Origin: a virus | Lineage: Duplodnaviria; Heunggongvirae; Uroviricota; Caudoviricetes | Strand: one strand, 5' to 3' | Length of the DNA: 64,000 nucleotides | Virus record (IMG/VR): IMGVR_UViG_3300021467_000082 | Part shown: positions 36,481 through 46,017 of the stretch, in pieces | Numbering within the stretch: position 1 is the stretch's first letter | Layout of the letters: each line of letters starts with the position of its first letter | Program-made: the position numbers and the translations under genes | Notes under the pieces: generated by a model | What the model saw: the letters and a program-made list of their open reading frames with translations, nothing else | Told to the model about the DNA's origin: nothing | The model's database searches: none

Positions 36481-37200
36481 TCAATTAATATTTATATTTC
36501 TCTCTAATTGTTGTAGATTATAATATCTTATCAAGATATTAGTAACATATCTTAGTTCATAACTTTTACCTTTTGGCTTTGTCAATCCGGTGTGATACCT
36601 ATTAAGAGCCACAACTATATTTCCTTTTGCCTCTTTAATATACTTACTTAATATTTTCACACCGCATTTTATATTATTATCTATCCAAAACAATTTATTT
36701 TTCACGCTTACTCCATTATCTTTCAAAATAGGATGTTCTTTCCACGTAGAAAATCTTACCTGCATCAAACCTACAGCTCCAGCTTTGCTTTGTACCAACG
36801 GCCTAAAGTTCGATTCTTCATAAATTAGGGAGACCACTAATAGTGGATCAACATTTTGCTCTTCACATACTTCCAATATAGTCTTTGCTATCAGTTTACG
36901 TAGAGGTTCAGATAATTTGGGCTGTAAATGTTCAATTATACCACTTAATTGATCCACACTGATATCGCATTTATTATCATTAACCTCTATAACCTTAACA
37001 GGTTGCACAGATTGCTTCGAGCTCAAACATTCCTGCAATTTGTCATTTAACTCTTCGTTGATATTAGTAAGTTGTTGGACAGTTTTACTATATTTTGTAA
37101 TATTTGTTACAGCAGTATACCATGCAAAACCTTGTGCAATAATTAAAACTAAAACAAAAGCGACTAATATATACTTATACAATTTTGACATTTTTATCAC
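36481..37200 (-). CDS. lytic transglycosylase (SLT domain) with an N-terminal membrane anchor
   Basis: LLVVSLIYEESNFRPLVQSKAGAVGLMQV (ES...AxGLMQ) plus an N-terminal TM helix. Confidence 0.8.
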   Translation of the reverse strand: MIKMSKLYKYILVAFVLVLIIAQGFAWYTAVTNITKYSKTVQQLTNINEELNDKLQECLSSKQSVQPVKVIEVNDNKCDISVDQLSGIIEHLQPKLSEPLRKLIAKTILEVCEEQNVDPLLVVSLIYEESNFRPLVQSKAGAVGLMQVRFSTWKEHPILKDNGVSVKNKLFWIDNNIKCGVKILSKYIKEAKGNIVVALNRYHTGLTKPKGKSYELRYVTNILIRYYNLQQLERNININ

Positions 37201-37205
37201 CTTTA

Positions 37206-37451
37206 TTATGGATCTACTCTCTCCACTACCTTATCTATGAAATTTTGTAATGCTCGTGTAGCGTGAATAGAATCCACTACTATATTCTTTTTAGTGGAAA
37301 ATAGAGGTACTTTCGTTTTCTTGTTATATTTTACTGCAACCACTTTGTTTTCATCAGAGTCATGTTTAAATACTGCAACGATATCATTGTCAGATATTGA
37401 AAGAGCCTCAAAATCAAAACGTGATAGATCAACAGTGTTAATGGTTTCCAT
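37206..37451 (-). CDS. hypothetical small protein
   Basis: ORF track, 81 aa. Confidence 0.4.
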   Translation of the reverse strand: METINTVDLSRFDFEALSISDNDIVAVFKHDSDENKVVAVKYNKKTKVPLFSTKKNIVVDSIHATRALQNFIDKVVERVDP

Positions 37452-38829
37452 TTTGTTCCTCCTTTTCCAATTCGTTATAAGCTTGTAGTATTAAGTCATG
37501 GAGTTGACTTTTGTAATCAGAAATAGATTCATCCATTATTTTATCAGCAACCATTCTTTTTATTTTACCAACTAGAGGAGATGGTTTGATATTGCATAAT
37601 TTCATTATCAAATTACCATCTATTAAATCGACCAACGGTCTGTTATATGCTAATTGTTTCTGCCTTTCAATAATCTCATTTATTTTTTCTAATTTTCGAT
37701 CAAAGCTACCATAATGCATGAATTCTTCGCCTCGCGAAAACTCATCTGCCCACGCCACCTCTACTAATGTATCAAAGTATGGACTTTCTGCTATTCTTGC
37801 TATTTTAGATGGGCGCATATTTAATATATGATTGAACTTCATGTGATTTCTTACGGCGAATAATATACGATCTTTTTCCATATTTGAGAATTTTAATCGA
37901 GTTAATATATGCTCGGCTATATCTGTACCTGCCACCTCATGTCTATAATAGTGAACACCCTTCTCATCTTCGCTAAAGGTAACCCCTTTACCAATATCAT
38001 GAAGCAATATTGCCATCAGCGTAGTGAAATCATTTGTTCTAGCTATCTCCAAGCACTTTATAACATGATCAAATACCGTTGTTCCTTCTGGATGATGTCT
38101 CATATTATGTTTGTAGTATTTTAAAATAGACACTTCAGGAATGATTTTGGACAATAGACCAAAATAATCGCTCAATTTAATAAAATTAGTAAATTCTTTT
38201 ACTCCATATTTGCTGGCCTTATAAAACTCTCCCCTAATTCTTTCCGGGGCTATTTTAATTATCTTACTATTATATCTCCTTATGGCCATTCTAGTTTTAT
38301 TTTCGATGTTGAATCCAAGCGCTGCAAACCTTATTGCTCTAAGCATTCTTAAATAATCTTCTGAGAATCTCTCTGACGGATCTCCTACCGTTCTTAGTAT
38401 CTTATTTTCAAGATCTTCCTTACCACCGACCTTATCTATAATATTGCCATGTTTATCCATAGCCATGGCATTTATAGTGAAGTCCCGACGCATAATATCT
38501 TCATCTAACGATACGCCTATCTTAACAGACTCTGGCCTCCTCCCATCCAGATATTTTCCATCAGATCTAAACTGTGCGATTTCAAAATACATGTCTTTAT
38601 AACATATTAAGCATATGCCAAAATCTTTTGATTGGCCTATATTATAAGTATCGAAAATCTCTTCCAAAATTTTGAGCGGGCAATTTGTAGTGATATCAAC
38701 GTCTTCAGCTCTGCGCCCGCTCAAAATATCCCTTACAGTGCCGCCTACTATATACGCTTCATATCCTAATGCTTCTATTTCACTTAGCAGCTTCATAGCT
38801 ACAAGTACATTTTTAGACAACATTGCCAT
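37438..38829 (-). CDS. cca: CCA-adding enzyme (tRNA nucleotidyltransferase, class II with HD domain)
   Basis: Head IVGGTVRDILSG...EDVDITT, neck RLRAIRFAA, HD motif LLHDIGK. Confidence 0.85.
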   Translation of the reverse strand: MAMLSKNVLVAMKLLSEIEALGYEAYIVGGTVRDILSGRRAEDVDITTNCPLKILEEIFDTYNIGQSKDFGICLICYKDMYFEIAQFRSDGKYLDGRRPESVKIGVSLDEDIMRRDFTINAMAMDKHGNIIDKVGGKEDLENKILRTVGDPSERFSEDYLRMLRAIRFAALGFNIENKTRMAIRRYNSKIIKIAPERIRGEFYKASKYGVKEFTNFIKLSDYFGLLSKIIPEVSILKYYKHNMRHHPEGTTVFDHVIKCLEIARTNDFTTLMAILLHDIGKGVTFSEDEKGVHYYRHEVAGTDIAEHILTRLKFSNMEKDRILFAVRNHMKFNHILNMRPSKIARIAESPYFDTLVEVAWADEFSRGEEFMHYGSFDRKLEKINEIIERQKQLAYNRPLVDLIDGNLIMKLCNIKPSPLVGKIKRMVADKIMDESISDYKSQLHDLILQAYNELEKEEQNGNH

Positions 38830-38842
38830 ACCCCAATTATAC

Positions 38843-40177
38843 TTAGTCTTTCAAATTTATAATAGGCTTTATTACATCAACAATTTCAGCTGTAGGCGCA
38901 ATGGCTTCTTTAATGATGTTTGAATCTTTGTATGCGTTTTTAGTTTCATCAGCAGGTATTGAAGAAGCAAATATACCTGCCGCTCTCATTCTTTCAGCCG
39001 CCTTTTCTACATCCACTAATTCTTTTGCCTTGTTTCGAGATAACATACGCCCAGCACCATGAGGAGCCGAATAATTCCATTCTTGGTTAGCTAACCCCTT
39101 GCATATTAATGTTCCATCTTCCATGTTAAGTGGAATTAGGATGAATTTAGTATATGCTGATATTGCGCCTTTACGAATTATAAAATCGGAAAAATCGATG
39201 TAATTATGAACAGATTCTATTTCATAAGGTTGAGGATCATGTAGACCCATAACGTTTTCAGATACGATCTTACCAATCAACCTTCGATTTTCCTTGGCAT
39301 ATACAGTAGTGAAAATCATGTCATGCAAATAACCATATGCGTCTTCCCCTTCCAAATACTCAAGGCCTTTAGCAACTTTGTTATCCATCTCCAAATAAGC
39401 TCTCAACTGTTTTATGGCTTCTGGTATTAACTTACGCTGGGCTTTTGTAGTGTGTGTACGTTTAATTTCTTCTAGCCCCGCTTTAAATTTTTCTTGCTTC
39501 TTCTCATTCATCTTCCTAATTGGAGTACCCTGCCAATATTCACATATCTTTTTACCGAAATTTCTAGATCCACTATGGATTGTCAGCCAAAGAGATCCAG
39601 TGCTATCTCTTCCTACCTCAATGAAATGGTTTCCGCCTCCAACGGTGCCTAAACTATTAACTGCTCGCCCAGCGTCGATTCCAATGATCTCACATTTTGA
39701 TATGAACCAATCGTAATCATAGGAAATTGGTTCCACATTCGTAGAAAAAGTCTTATTAAATTTTGACCAAAAGGTTCTGGCAATCTTTCTAACTTCTTCC
39801 CAGGGGAAATCTTTCTCCATATTAATTATTGGATTTTCATGTATTTCGTATCCGAAGGGCACTTTTGCTCTGATAGAAATGTCCAACTGCTCTAAATTTT
39901 TTATATCTCTTATAGGAAGTTTTCTCGCATAGACACCGCACCCAATATCTACTCCAACAACATTCGGCACTAGTTTGGTCGTCAGAGGCATAGTAAATCC
40001 AATAACAGCCCCTTTTCCAGCATGACAGTCCGGCATAATTGCCACTGGGTTGGTAAAGGCAGGATTATTAAGAAAGGACACTATCTGTGATAATGTAGTT
40101 TCATCTACATTGTCTATCATAATTTTGGCCTTAGTATATTTACCTACCATTTCAAACACGGCACTGTCCTCCATCAA
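38843..40177 (-). CDS. rtcB: RtcB RNA ligase (3'-phosphate/5'-OH)
   Basis: MPDCHAGKGAVIGF, GGGNHFIEV, HSGSRNFG, SAPHGAGRM. Confidence 0.9.
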   Translation of the reverse strand: MMEDSAVFEMVGKYTKAKIMIDNVDETTLSQIVSFLNNPAFTNPVAIMPDCHAGKGAVIGFTMPLTTKLVPNVVGVDIGCGVYARKLPIRDIKNLEQLDISIRAKVPFGYEIHENPIINMEKDFPWEEVRKIARTFWSKFNKTFSTNVEPISYDYDWFISKCEIIGIDAGRAVNSLGTVGGGNHFIEVGRDSTGSLWLTIHSGSRNFGKKICEYWQGTPIRKMNEKKQEKFKAGLEEIKRTHTTKAQRKLIPEAIKQLRAYLEMDNKVAKGLEYLEGEDAYGYLHDMIFTTVYAKENRRLIGKIVSENVMGLHDPQPYEIESVHNYIDFSDFIIRKGAISAYTKFILIPLNMEDGTLICKGLANQEWNYSAPHGAGRMLSRNKAKELVDVEKAAERMRAAGIFASSIPADETKNAYKDSNIIKEAIAPTAEIVDVIKPIINLKD

Positions 40178-40196
40178 AGTTTAATTTTGTTTACCC

Positions 40197-40919
40197 TCAT
40201 AGCTTCCTCATTTTTTTCTTCTTTATTAATTCTACCAATACATCGCCATGGCAGGGCAAAGGTTTACAATAACAACCAAGCCTCTTTCCTTCTAATTCAT
40301 CTAATGCGGCCAACAAATCAGGTCTAGTTAACACGTAATTTCTGTATTTTTCTATTACCTCTTCACGTGTCCCATCTATACCAATTCTAAATGGGTTTCC
40401 CCATTTGCTTCCCCTTCCAATATAGACATCGTAGGGTTCATGTTTGAGGTTGACTACCCTTGTCTTTGGTTTGTATTCTGGTATTATAGTATTTACTTTG
40501 GTTATTTTATCATTTACGACAAGAATTATTATGATTGGAATATTATATTTTTTGATGGCAAGATCTATCATATGCTTTGTACCTGTGGATTTACCATCCC
40601 ATATGGCAACTACTACGTCTTTTTGTGTCAACATTTTAATCATTTCTTCGTTTCGTTTCATACCGGCTAAGGCGTTATATTCTTTGCCAAATCTATTGCA
40701 CTTTCTCACAACTGGAGGACTCACGTCCTCCCACCTTGCCTGCACCTCAAACAATTTAACCTCATTAGCCAATGCCCACTTTCGGGCCAGCGAATCAACT
40801 CCGCCGGCCCCACCTTCAATTACTGCTGTGGCTGTACTTGAAAACTTGTCAAGTATCTGCTTGACTATATCATAGTTAGTAATACTCCTACTTCCAGATA
40901 CTAATATCTTCATTTTCAT
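40197..40919 (-). CDS. two-domain protein: N-terminal SLOG/DUF2493-like (VSGSRS...EGGAGGVDSLA) plus C-terminal DUF4326-like (GSKWGNPF...CYCKP.PCHGDVL); paralog of 50951-51670
   Basis: Shared architecture and motifs between the two ORFs. Confidence 0.5.
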   Translation of the reverse strand: MKMKILVSGSRSITNYDIVKQILDKFSSTATAVIEGGAGGVDSLARKWALANEVKLFEVQARWEDVSPPVVRKCNRFGKEYNALAGMKRNEEMIKMLTQKDVVVAIWDGKSTGTKHMIDLAIKKYNIPIIIILVVNDKITKVNTIIPEYKPKTRVVNLKHEPYDVYIGRGSKWGNPFRIGIDGTREEVIEKYRNYVLTRPDLLAALDELEGKRLGCYCKPLPCHGDVLVELIKKKKMRKL

Positions 40920-41082
40920 ATACCTTTACATCTTCTGGTTCCATATTCCATTTAACGGACGCCCAGCATTTTGCACAAATGAACCCAGTCCCTTCGAATG
41001 GGTTCCCGCAAATTGCACAATTGTCTAGTGTATTTGGGTCTATAGTTTTTGGAACGAAATTTATTTTATCCCTCATGTCCAT
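40888..41082 (-). CDS. small zinc-ribbon protein
   Basis: CAICGNPFEGTGFICAKC. Confidence 0.4.
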   Translation of the reverse strand: MDMRDKINFVPKTIDPNTLDNCAICGNPFEGTGFICAKCWASVKWNMEPEDVKVYENEDISIWK

Positions 41083-41098
41083 TTTTGCACCTCTACTG

Positions 41099-41569
41099 CT
41101 AATTTATATCTAGAGGAGGGACATAATCTCTCCATGACACACCCTTTTCGACTTCCTGCTTCAATCTGTTTTGTGTTATTTCAAGTGAGGCTTCTTCTAT
41201 AATGCTCTTCAACCAATCGCTTGATATATCTACAATTTTAGAATCGTCACCGATCAATAACCCCATAATTTCTTTACCAGCTTTACTCTTAACAAATTTT
41301 AACGCTTCTTGAAGTTCTTCAACTTCAAATTTGTCTTCATAAAGTTTCGTTAGTCTATTTATCAATTCTTCACTATTAGCTTCCGCTTTATCGTACACAA
41401 GCTGTCTAAAATTGGAATCTAAACTGCCCATAATATATAGGTAATCTAGGCCCATAATAACCCTGTCCTTTACATTCAACTCGGCCAATAATTCTTTAAT
41501 TAGATCTTGTTTAACCATTGATTTCCACCTCTTCGAGTTTTTCGAGCTTTTCAGCTGCTTCTTCATCAA
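41099..41569 (-). CDS. hypothetical protein
   Basis: ORF track, 156 aa. Confidence 0.45.
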   Translation of the reverse strand: MMKKQLKSSKNSKRWKSMVKQDLIKELLAELNVKDRVIMGLDYLYIMGSLDSNFRQLVYDKAEANSEELINRLTKLYEDKFEVEELQEALKFVKSKAGKEIMGLLIGDDSKIVDISSDWLKSIIEEASLEITQNRLKQEVEKGVSWRDYVPPLDIN

Positions 41570-41693
41570 TAAAATTTCGCCAATCTTTTTCTTTTTTTCT
41601 GTTATACTCTTTTCTTACCTTCTTCGTTTTGTTAGGAGTGACAGCTTTACCAACCTGATATTTGTATTTCATATCTTTTAGAGTCTTTCCCAT
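41511..41693 (-). CDS. small basic protein
   Basis: ORF track, 60 aa. Confidence 0.3.
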   Translation of the reverse strand: MGKTLKDMKYKYQVGKAVTPNKTKKVRKEYNRKKEKDWRNFIDEEAAEKLEKLEEVEING

Positions 41694-41878
41694 TGTTTAC
41701 TCCTTACTAATCTTCTTCAATATACACAATCTTAAACTAAGGGATAACCACTGCTTTACTTGATGTATAAACGATAATTGGTCTTTAGCTATATGGTAAC
41801 TTATACTATTCAATTTTTCAACGCGTATAAATTCCATATTTTTAAACTTCCCGACCTGTGTTGCGGGCTTTAGCTATA

Positions 41879-42076
41879 TTAACCATTTGTATCTTCAACA
41901 CATTTTTTCAACTCTTCCAAAAGGATTTTAGCACCATAGGCAAATTCAATAGCCTTGTGACACCATGAATCACTGTTCTCTGGCCCAATTGTAATGTCTT
42001 CACAGTAATTATATTCGTCCATGTATGGGCAATTAACTACTGCAAAATCATCTACGAACAAACATTTTCTATTCAT
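41879..42076 (-). CDS. hypothetical small Cys-containing protein
   Basis: ORF track, 65 aa. Confidence 0.35.
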   Translation of the reverse strand: MNRKCLFVDDFAVVNCPYMDEYNYCEDITIGPENSDSWCHKAIEFAYGAKILLEELKKCVEDTNG

Positions 42077-42106
42077 GACACCTCCTATTGAAACGGGAAA
42101 AGCCGC

Positions 42107-42499
42107 CTATGTATTTGCTACGGCCTCACGCACCTTCCAATCTTTGATTACTGGGTATAGCCTTGATACTCGGTCGAAATAAACATCATTCATTACATAT
42201 ATCAAAACTTTTTTACCATCAATTTTTATGTATTTACGTTTGTAGTACCCATACTGCACGCCTTCCAATTGATCCAAGAGTTTTAACAGCTCTTTTTCAT
42301 TACCTTTAAAATCCAAGAGTTCAACGACAATTTCATCGTTTTCATCTCCCGTTTCAAAGGCTGCTGGATAGTCGCCCAGATCGAACATTTTGAAGCCTCT
42401 TAGAGTTTTTATTTTTCTACTCGTAATTTTTCCAAACTCTTTAAAAGCACCTGCTCTACTTTCTCCTTCTCTTAACGTACCATATACAGCAATACGCAT
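42107..42499 (-). CDS. gamma-glutamyl cyclotransferase-like (AIG2/GGCT fold) protein
   Basis: N-terminal IAVYGTLREGE (YGTL..G motif) and size about 130 aa. Confidence 0.6.
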   Translation of the reverse strand: MRIAVYGTLREGESRAGAFKEFGKITSRKIKTLRGFKMFDLGDYPAAFETGDENDEIVVELLDFKGNEKELLKLLDQLEGVQYGYYKRKYIKIDGKKVLIYVMNDVYFDRVSRLYPVIKDWKVREAVANT

Positions 42500-42527
42500 T
42501 ATAAATCTCCCTGTTATAAAATTTATA

Positions 42528-42551
42528 CGGGCGGCGAATTATCGCCGCCCG
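42528..42551. terminator. strong GC hairpin (10-bp perfect stem CGGGCGGCGA/TCGCCGCCCG, loop ATTA); likely minus-strand terminator
   Basis: Seen in sequence; on the minus strand it is followed by A/T-rich TATAAATTTTAT. Confidence 0.45.
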
Positions 42552-42811
42552 ATAGGCCTATAATAGCATGAATTTAATGGCAGTTACTTTCAGCAAGGTT
42601 TATCTTCGTAACCTGCATGGCCTTCAACAATACCAGTACCACCAGCATCAATGTCTCCACGATCTCCGTCCAACACAATTGATCGTTGAAATTTAACTCT
42701 CTCGTTGATTTTCCAATACCAACAATTGAGTTCTCTGGTAAGCAGCCAAACTGCAAATATTATAGCCTCAAATGCAATGGCTCTGGTGCGTTTGGTGCCA
42801 TAAGTTACCTC

Positions 42812-43321
42812 CTAAAGCGATTGCTTTCCTATCTTTCCCTCTATTTCCTGGCCAATATCTGCAATACCTTTTAACGTTCCGATGAGCACAGTTAGATCGT
42901 CTGGAGTGGCAATTATAACATTAGTGCCATTTTCCCATACAAATCTAATTTTGTTCTTTACCAACATAACCTGTGGCTTACCGTATCTCTTAAATTGATC
43001 CATCATTTCAGCGAAAATTTTTATGTTTTTACAATAAAAAGCCAAACATTTAAATTGGTTTTGATAGAACAATAGAAATACACCAATGGTACTATTGTAT
43101 GGCCAATTTTCTGCATACACCTCAACTTTGCCTAATTTCATAACGATGAATATTGAATCGCCGAATTCGTTAGGGCTAGCTCCCCAAGGTATGCCTTTCC
43201 ATCCTTCTGGCAGAGTGCTATTTCCATATGGAGTGTTGCTTTTATTTCCATTAGTGAGTCCAAAGGCTAAAGCCGGCAACACCAAAAGCATTATAAGGCT
43301 AATAAGAACGGCTTTCTTCAT
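42812..43321 (-). CDS. secreted protein with a signal peptide
   Basis: MKKAVLISLIMLLVLPALAFG N-terminus. Confidence 0.5.
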   Translation of the reverse strand: MKKAVLISLIMLLVLPALAFGLTNGNKSNTPYGNSTLPEGWKGIPWGASPNEFGDSIFIVMKLGKVEVYAENWPYNSTIGVFLLFYQNQFKCLAFYCKNIKIFAEMMDQFKRYGKPQVMLVKNKIRFVWENGTNVIIATPDDLTVLIGTLKGIADIGQEIEGKIGKQSL

Positions 43322-43563
43322 GATTGATTCTCCCTTCGTCTCATAAGCTCATGTTTATATCGGCCAAGTCGGTTTGCTACTATACCCAATATCATATGAT
43401 CGACTTCTAACCTATTGTTCCTTTGCTTTATAATCTCTAACGCTTCATTATGGACATCAATAGATTCTTGATCAATATTATCATTCATTATACCGTCAAT
43501 TATGGCCGTGACATGAAAAAGTACGGCTTTACGATCATTTGCGTCCATCGTTAACTCCATCAT
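43318..43563 (-). CDS. hypothetical small protein
   Basis: ORF track, 81 aa. Confidence 0.35.
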   Translation of the reverse strand: MMELTMDANDRKAVLFHVTAIIDGIMNDNIDQESIDVHNEALEIIKQRNNRLEVDHMILGIVANRLGRYKHELMRRRENQS

Positions 43564-43892
43564 TTAAACTCCGGTGGCAGATCGAAAGCTGATTTATCTA
43601 CTGGCGACTCAGTTTTTTCTTGCTTATTCTTCAATAATCCTTTTAATAACGTAACAAGCATATCCATCGCCGATACATCACTTCCTACAGCTTTTACTAC
43701 CGCCTCTCTGTTGACTGCATCTTCCATCAGTTCCTTAAACAACTGGTTATGGGCCTCCTCTCGATCGACCTCATCAGGGATATCTGCTTCCATACCAAGC
43801 TCGAACCTGAAAAATTCATAGTCTTTTCCAAATTTTATGGTCCGGCCTACAGAAGCAGATATCCTCCTATTTTTAAATTCAATAGTAGACAT
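43560..43892 (-). CDS. hypothetical protein
   Basis: ORF track, 110 aa. Confidence 0.4.
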   Translation of the reverse strand: MSTIEFKNRRISASVGRTIKFGKDYEFFRFELGMEADIPDEVDREEAHNQLFKELMEDAVNREAVVKAVGSDVSAMDMLVTLLKGLLKNKQEKTESPVDKSAFDLPPEFK

Positions 43893-43907
43893 TCATTATG
43901 CTCCTTA

Positions 43908-44180
43908 TTACAACACGATATTAACAAGAACACTCTTATCTTTGTAATATCTGGTAGCTCTGGCGATAAAGCCTTCTAAATCCTTTTTAATAGATTTTGG
44001 AGCAGTAATTGAACGATTACATAAGGCTCTTTCTATAGCTATCTTTTTACCAAAATCTTTATCAAATTTGTCCCTCCGATGGCACATAGACCATCCGAAT
44101 TTAACCTTATCCTCATTTACTGGCACTGCAACCACGACACCCTTCTTCTTTTTGCCCTTCCTAATGTACTTGATTAACAT
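43908..44180 (-). CDS. small basic protein
   Basis: ORF track, 90 aa. Confidence 0.35.
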   Translation of the reverse strand: MLIKYIRKGKKKKGVVVAVPVNEDKVKFGWSMCHRRDKFDKDFGKKIAIERALCNRSITAPKSIKKDLEGFIARATRYYKDKSVLVNIVL

Positions 44181-44201
44181 GATAATACCTCCTTTTTGTG
44201 A

Positions 44202-44516
44202 TTATGAATTAAAAGATTCAACGGGGATAAATTCCCCACGCTCTGATATTAATATATCAGATAACGGCTCCCTTAAAAACTTATTTTTCCTGTTTTTGCC
44301 ATCAAAAAATGATACAGCGGTAGGGTAATCTTCCATTATTACATGTATAAATTCCATGAGAGATTCATCATTTTCAAACTTTAGAGTACCACATTTTTTG
44401 TTGTCACTAAACAACACCAACACACTAAACCCATCCCTATCTCTTATCAGTTTGGCACCGTCTAGCGGGCTTTTTAGTTCATAATAATAGGTAGTCATGT
44501 TATTATTCCTCCTCAC
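44202..44516 (-). CDS. hypothetical protein
   Basis: ORF track, 104 aa. Confidence 0.4.
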   Translation of the reverse strand: MRRNNNMTTYYYELKSPLDGAKLIRDRDGFSVLVLFSDNKKCGTLKFENDESLMEFIHVIMEDYPTAVSFFDGKNRKNKFLREPLSDILISERGEFIPVESFNS

Positions 44517-44856
44517 TAGGCATGATTAAACCAAAAGGCCCTTTAATAGAAAAAGGCGCTATGATTGCCCATAACCTATCTTTCAATGTCAATTTTTTCA
44601 TAAAGAAAAACACTTCTCCATTAGTTACAAATGCTTCAATCATAAGATTCTTGACCTCATCATATAGTATTGGATTTCTTTCTTTTGTTTCCTCAATAAA
44701 CTTCCTCCTTTCTCTATACAAATAAGTCTCTTTGTATCTCTGGTAGGCTAAATTCAACAAAGCCATACTCCACGGGTTGTATGGCGACCATTTTATTTTG
44801 ACCCAAACAGTGTATATTTTGATTAACCAATTGGAAATAGTTGTTTTAATACTCAC
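44503..44856 (-). CDS. hypothetical protein
   Basis: ORF track, 117 aa. Confidence 0.4.
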   Translation of the reverse strand: MSIKTTISNWLIKIYTVWVKIKWSPYNPWSMALLNLAYQRYKETYLYRERRKFIEETKERNPILYDEVKNLMIEAFVTNGEVFFFMKKLTLKDRLWAIIAPFSIKGPFGLIMPSEEE

Positions 44857-44858
44857 AT

Positions 44859-45212
44859 TTATCCTCCTATCATTATCAAGCCAATAATGCTATAACACAC
44901 AACAATAAAATATACAGAGGCTATAGCATATAGACTGATTATTAAAGTTTTGTTAAAATAAATTAAACGAAACAATCTCTTTATACCCACAAAACATATC
45001 AGTAATAACGATACTGCCTGTTTTACGAAAAACAGTCCATCAATCCCATGCGTTTCTATTATAGCTCCTAGCAAAGGGTTCAACTCTATAATTACACCTT
45101 TATCCAGAAGCAAAGAAGTAATGAGAAAATCAAGTGAGTTTAGTGTTATTAATACTAACATTACAAAAAGACTCACTCGCTCTCTATCAAATTGTTCTAT
45201 ATTGATCTTCAT
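44859..45212 (-). CDS. multi-pass membrane protein (holin-like candidate)
   Basis: Three hydrophobic segments in 117 aa. Confidence 0.4.
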   Translation of the reverse strand: MKINIEQFDRERVSLFVMLVLITLNSLDFLITSLLLDKGVIIELNPLLGAIIETHGIDGLFFVKQAVSLLLICFVGIKRLFRLIYFNKTLIISLYAIASVYFIVVCYSIIGLIMIGG

Positions 45213-45498
45213 CTGCTACTCCATCATTCTCTAAAGAGCCATTAAAATAAGTTTATGGAATAACTAATTTGACCAGCCTTCCTTCACATTTATGACAAAT
45301 ATAGTTTTCTAGTTGATCATAAAGATACGATGCCCTATGCTTGGCCTTAACAGGACTTATGACTACATCTCCCTTACCATATTATTTCTCTCCCAATTCC
45401 TGAATTCTTCAAGTTCTAATTTCTTTCTGAAATGTCTTATACACCTCCTACCTGATATATGCGAACTATGAATGAGCACAAATAGGAGGCCTACCTTT

Positions 45499-46017
45499 TT
45501 ACATTACCTTCTCTTTTTGGCTTCGCGACACTTTTTCATTGTTTGTCACCGTTTTTTTCTCAGTTGTATTTGCACCTTCTGTTTCCATGTTTGCCGTCCG
45601 TATCCTTTCCATTACATCATCTAATAGCGACAAAAACTCTTCCCTACTGAACTTGTATACTTCACCTACCGCCTCTCCTGCGGCTTTAAGATTATTAGGA
45701 GTTATATATTTACTAGCCAACATAGCAATAAATAAATTACGATTAGGGAAGATAATAGCAACAAAAAGACATATTGTACCAATTATACACAATCTTTTTG
45801 TAAGCCTTGAAAGATTCTTTACCACCTTACGCGTATACAATCTCGCAGGCCTACGATGAATAGTTTCATCCAACAAGTCGCTGCGCATACAACCGACTAT
45901 AATTCTTATAACGATAGCAGCTATAATTGCAATAGCCCCACCAATTATACCTGTTGCAATAAAAGTATTTAACTTATATACTATATAAATTAGCCAAGGG
46001 CTTATTATCGGTTCCAT
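45499..46017 (-). CDS. membrane protein
   Basis: Two or three TM segments and a charged C-terminus. Confidence 0.45.
   Translation of the reverse strand: MEPIISPWLIYIVYKLNTFIATGIIGGAIAIIAAIVIRIIVGCMRSDLLDETIHRRPARLYTRKVVKNLSRLTKRLCIIGTICLFVAIIFPNRNLFIAMLASKYITPNNLKAAGEAVGEVYKFSREEFLSLLDDVMERIRTANMETEGANTTEKKTVTNNEKVSRSQKEKVM

Noticed and set aside
42574-42756. 60-aa ORF called in the track
   Set aside because: No RBS and an odd composition. The region more likely holds the terminator hairpin (42528-42551) and the promoter of the neighbouring genes.
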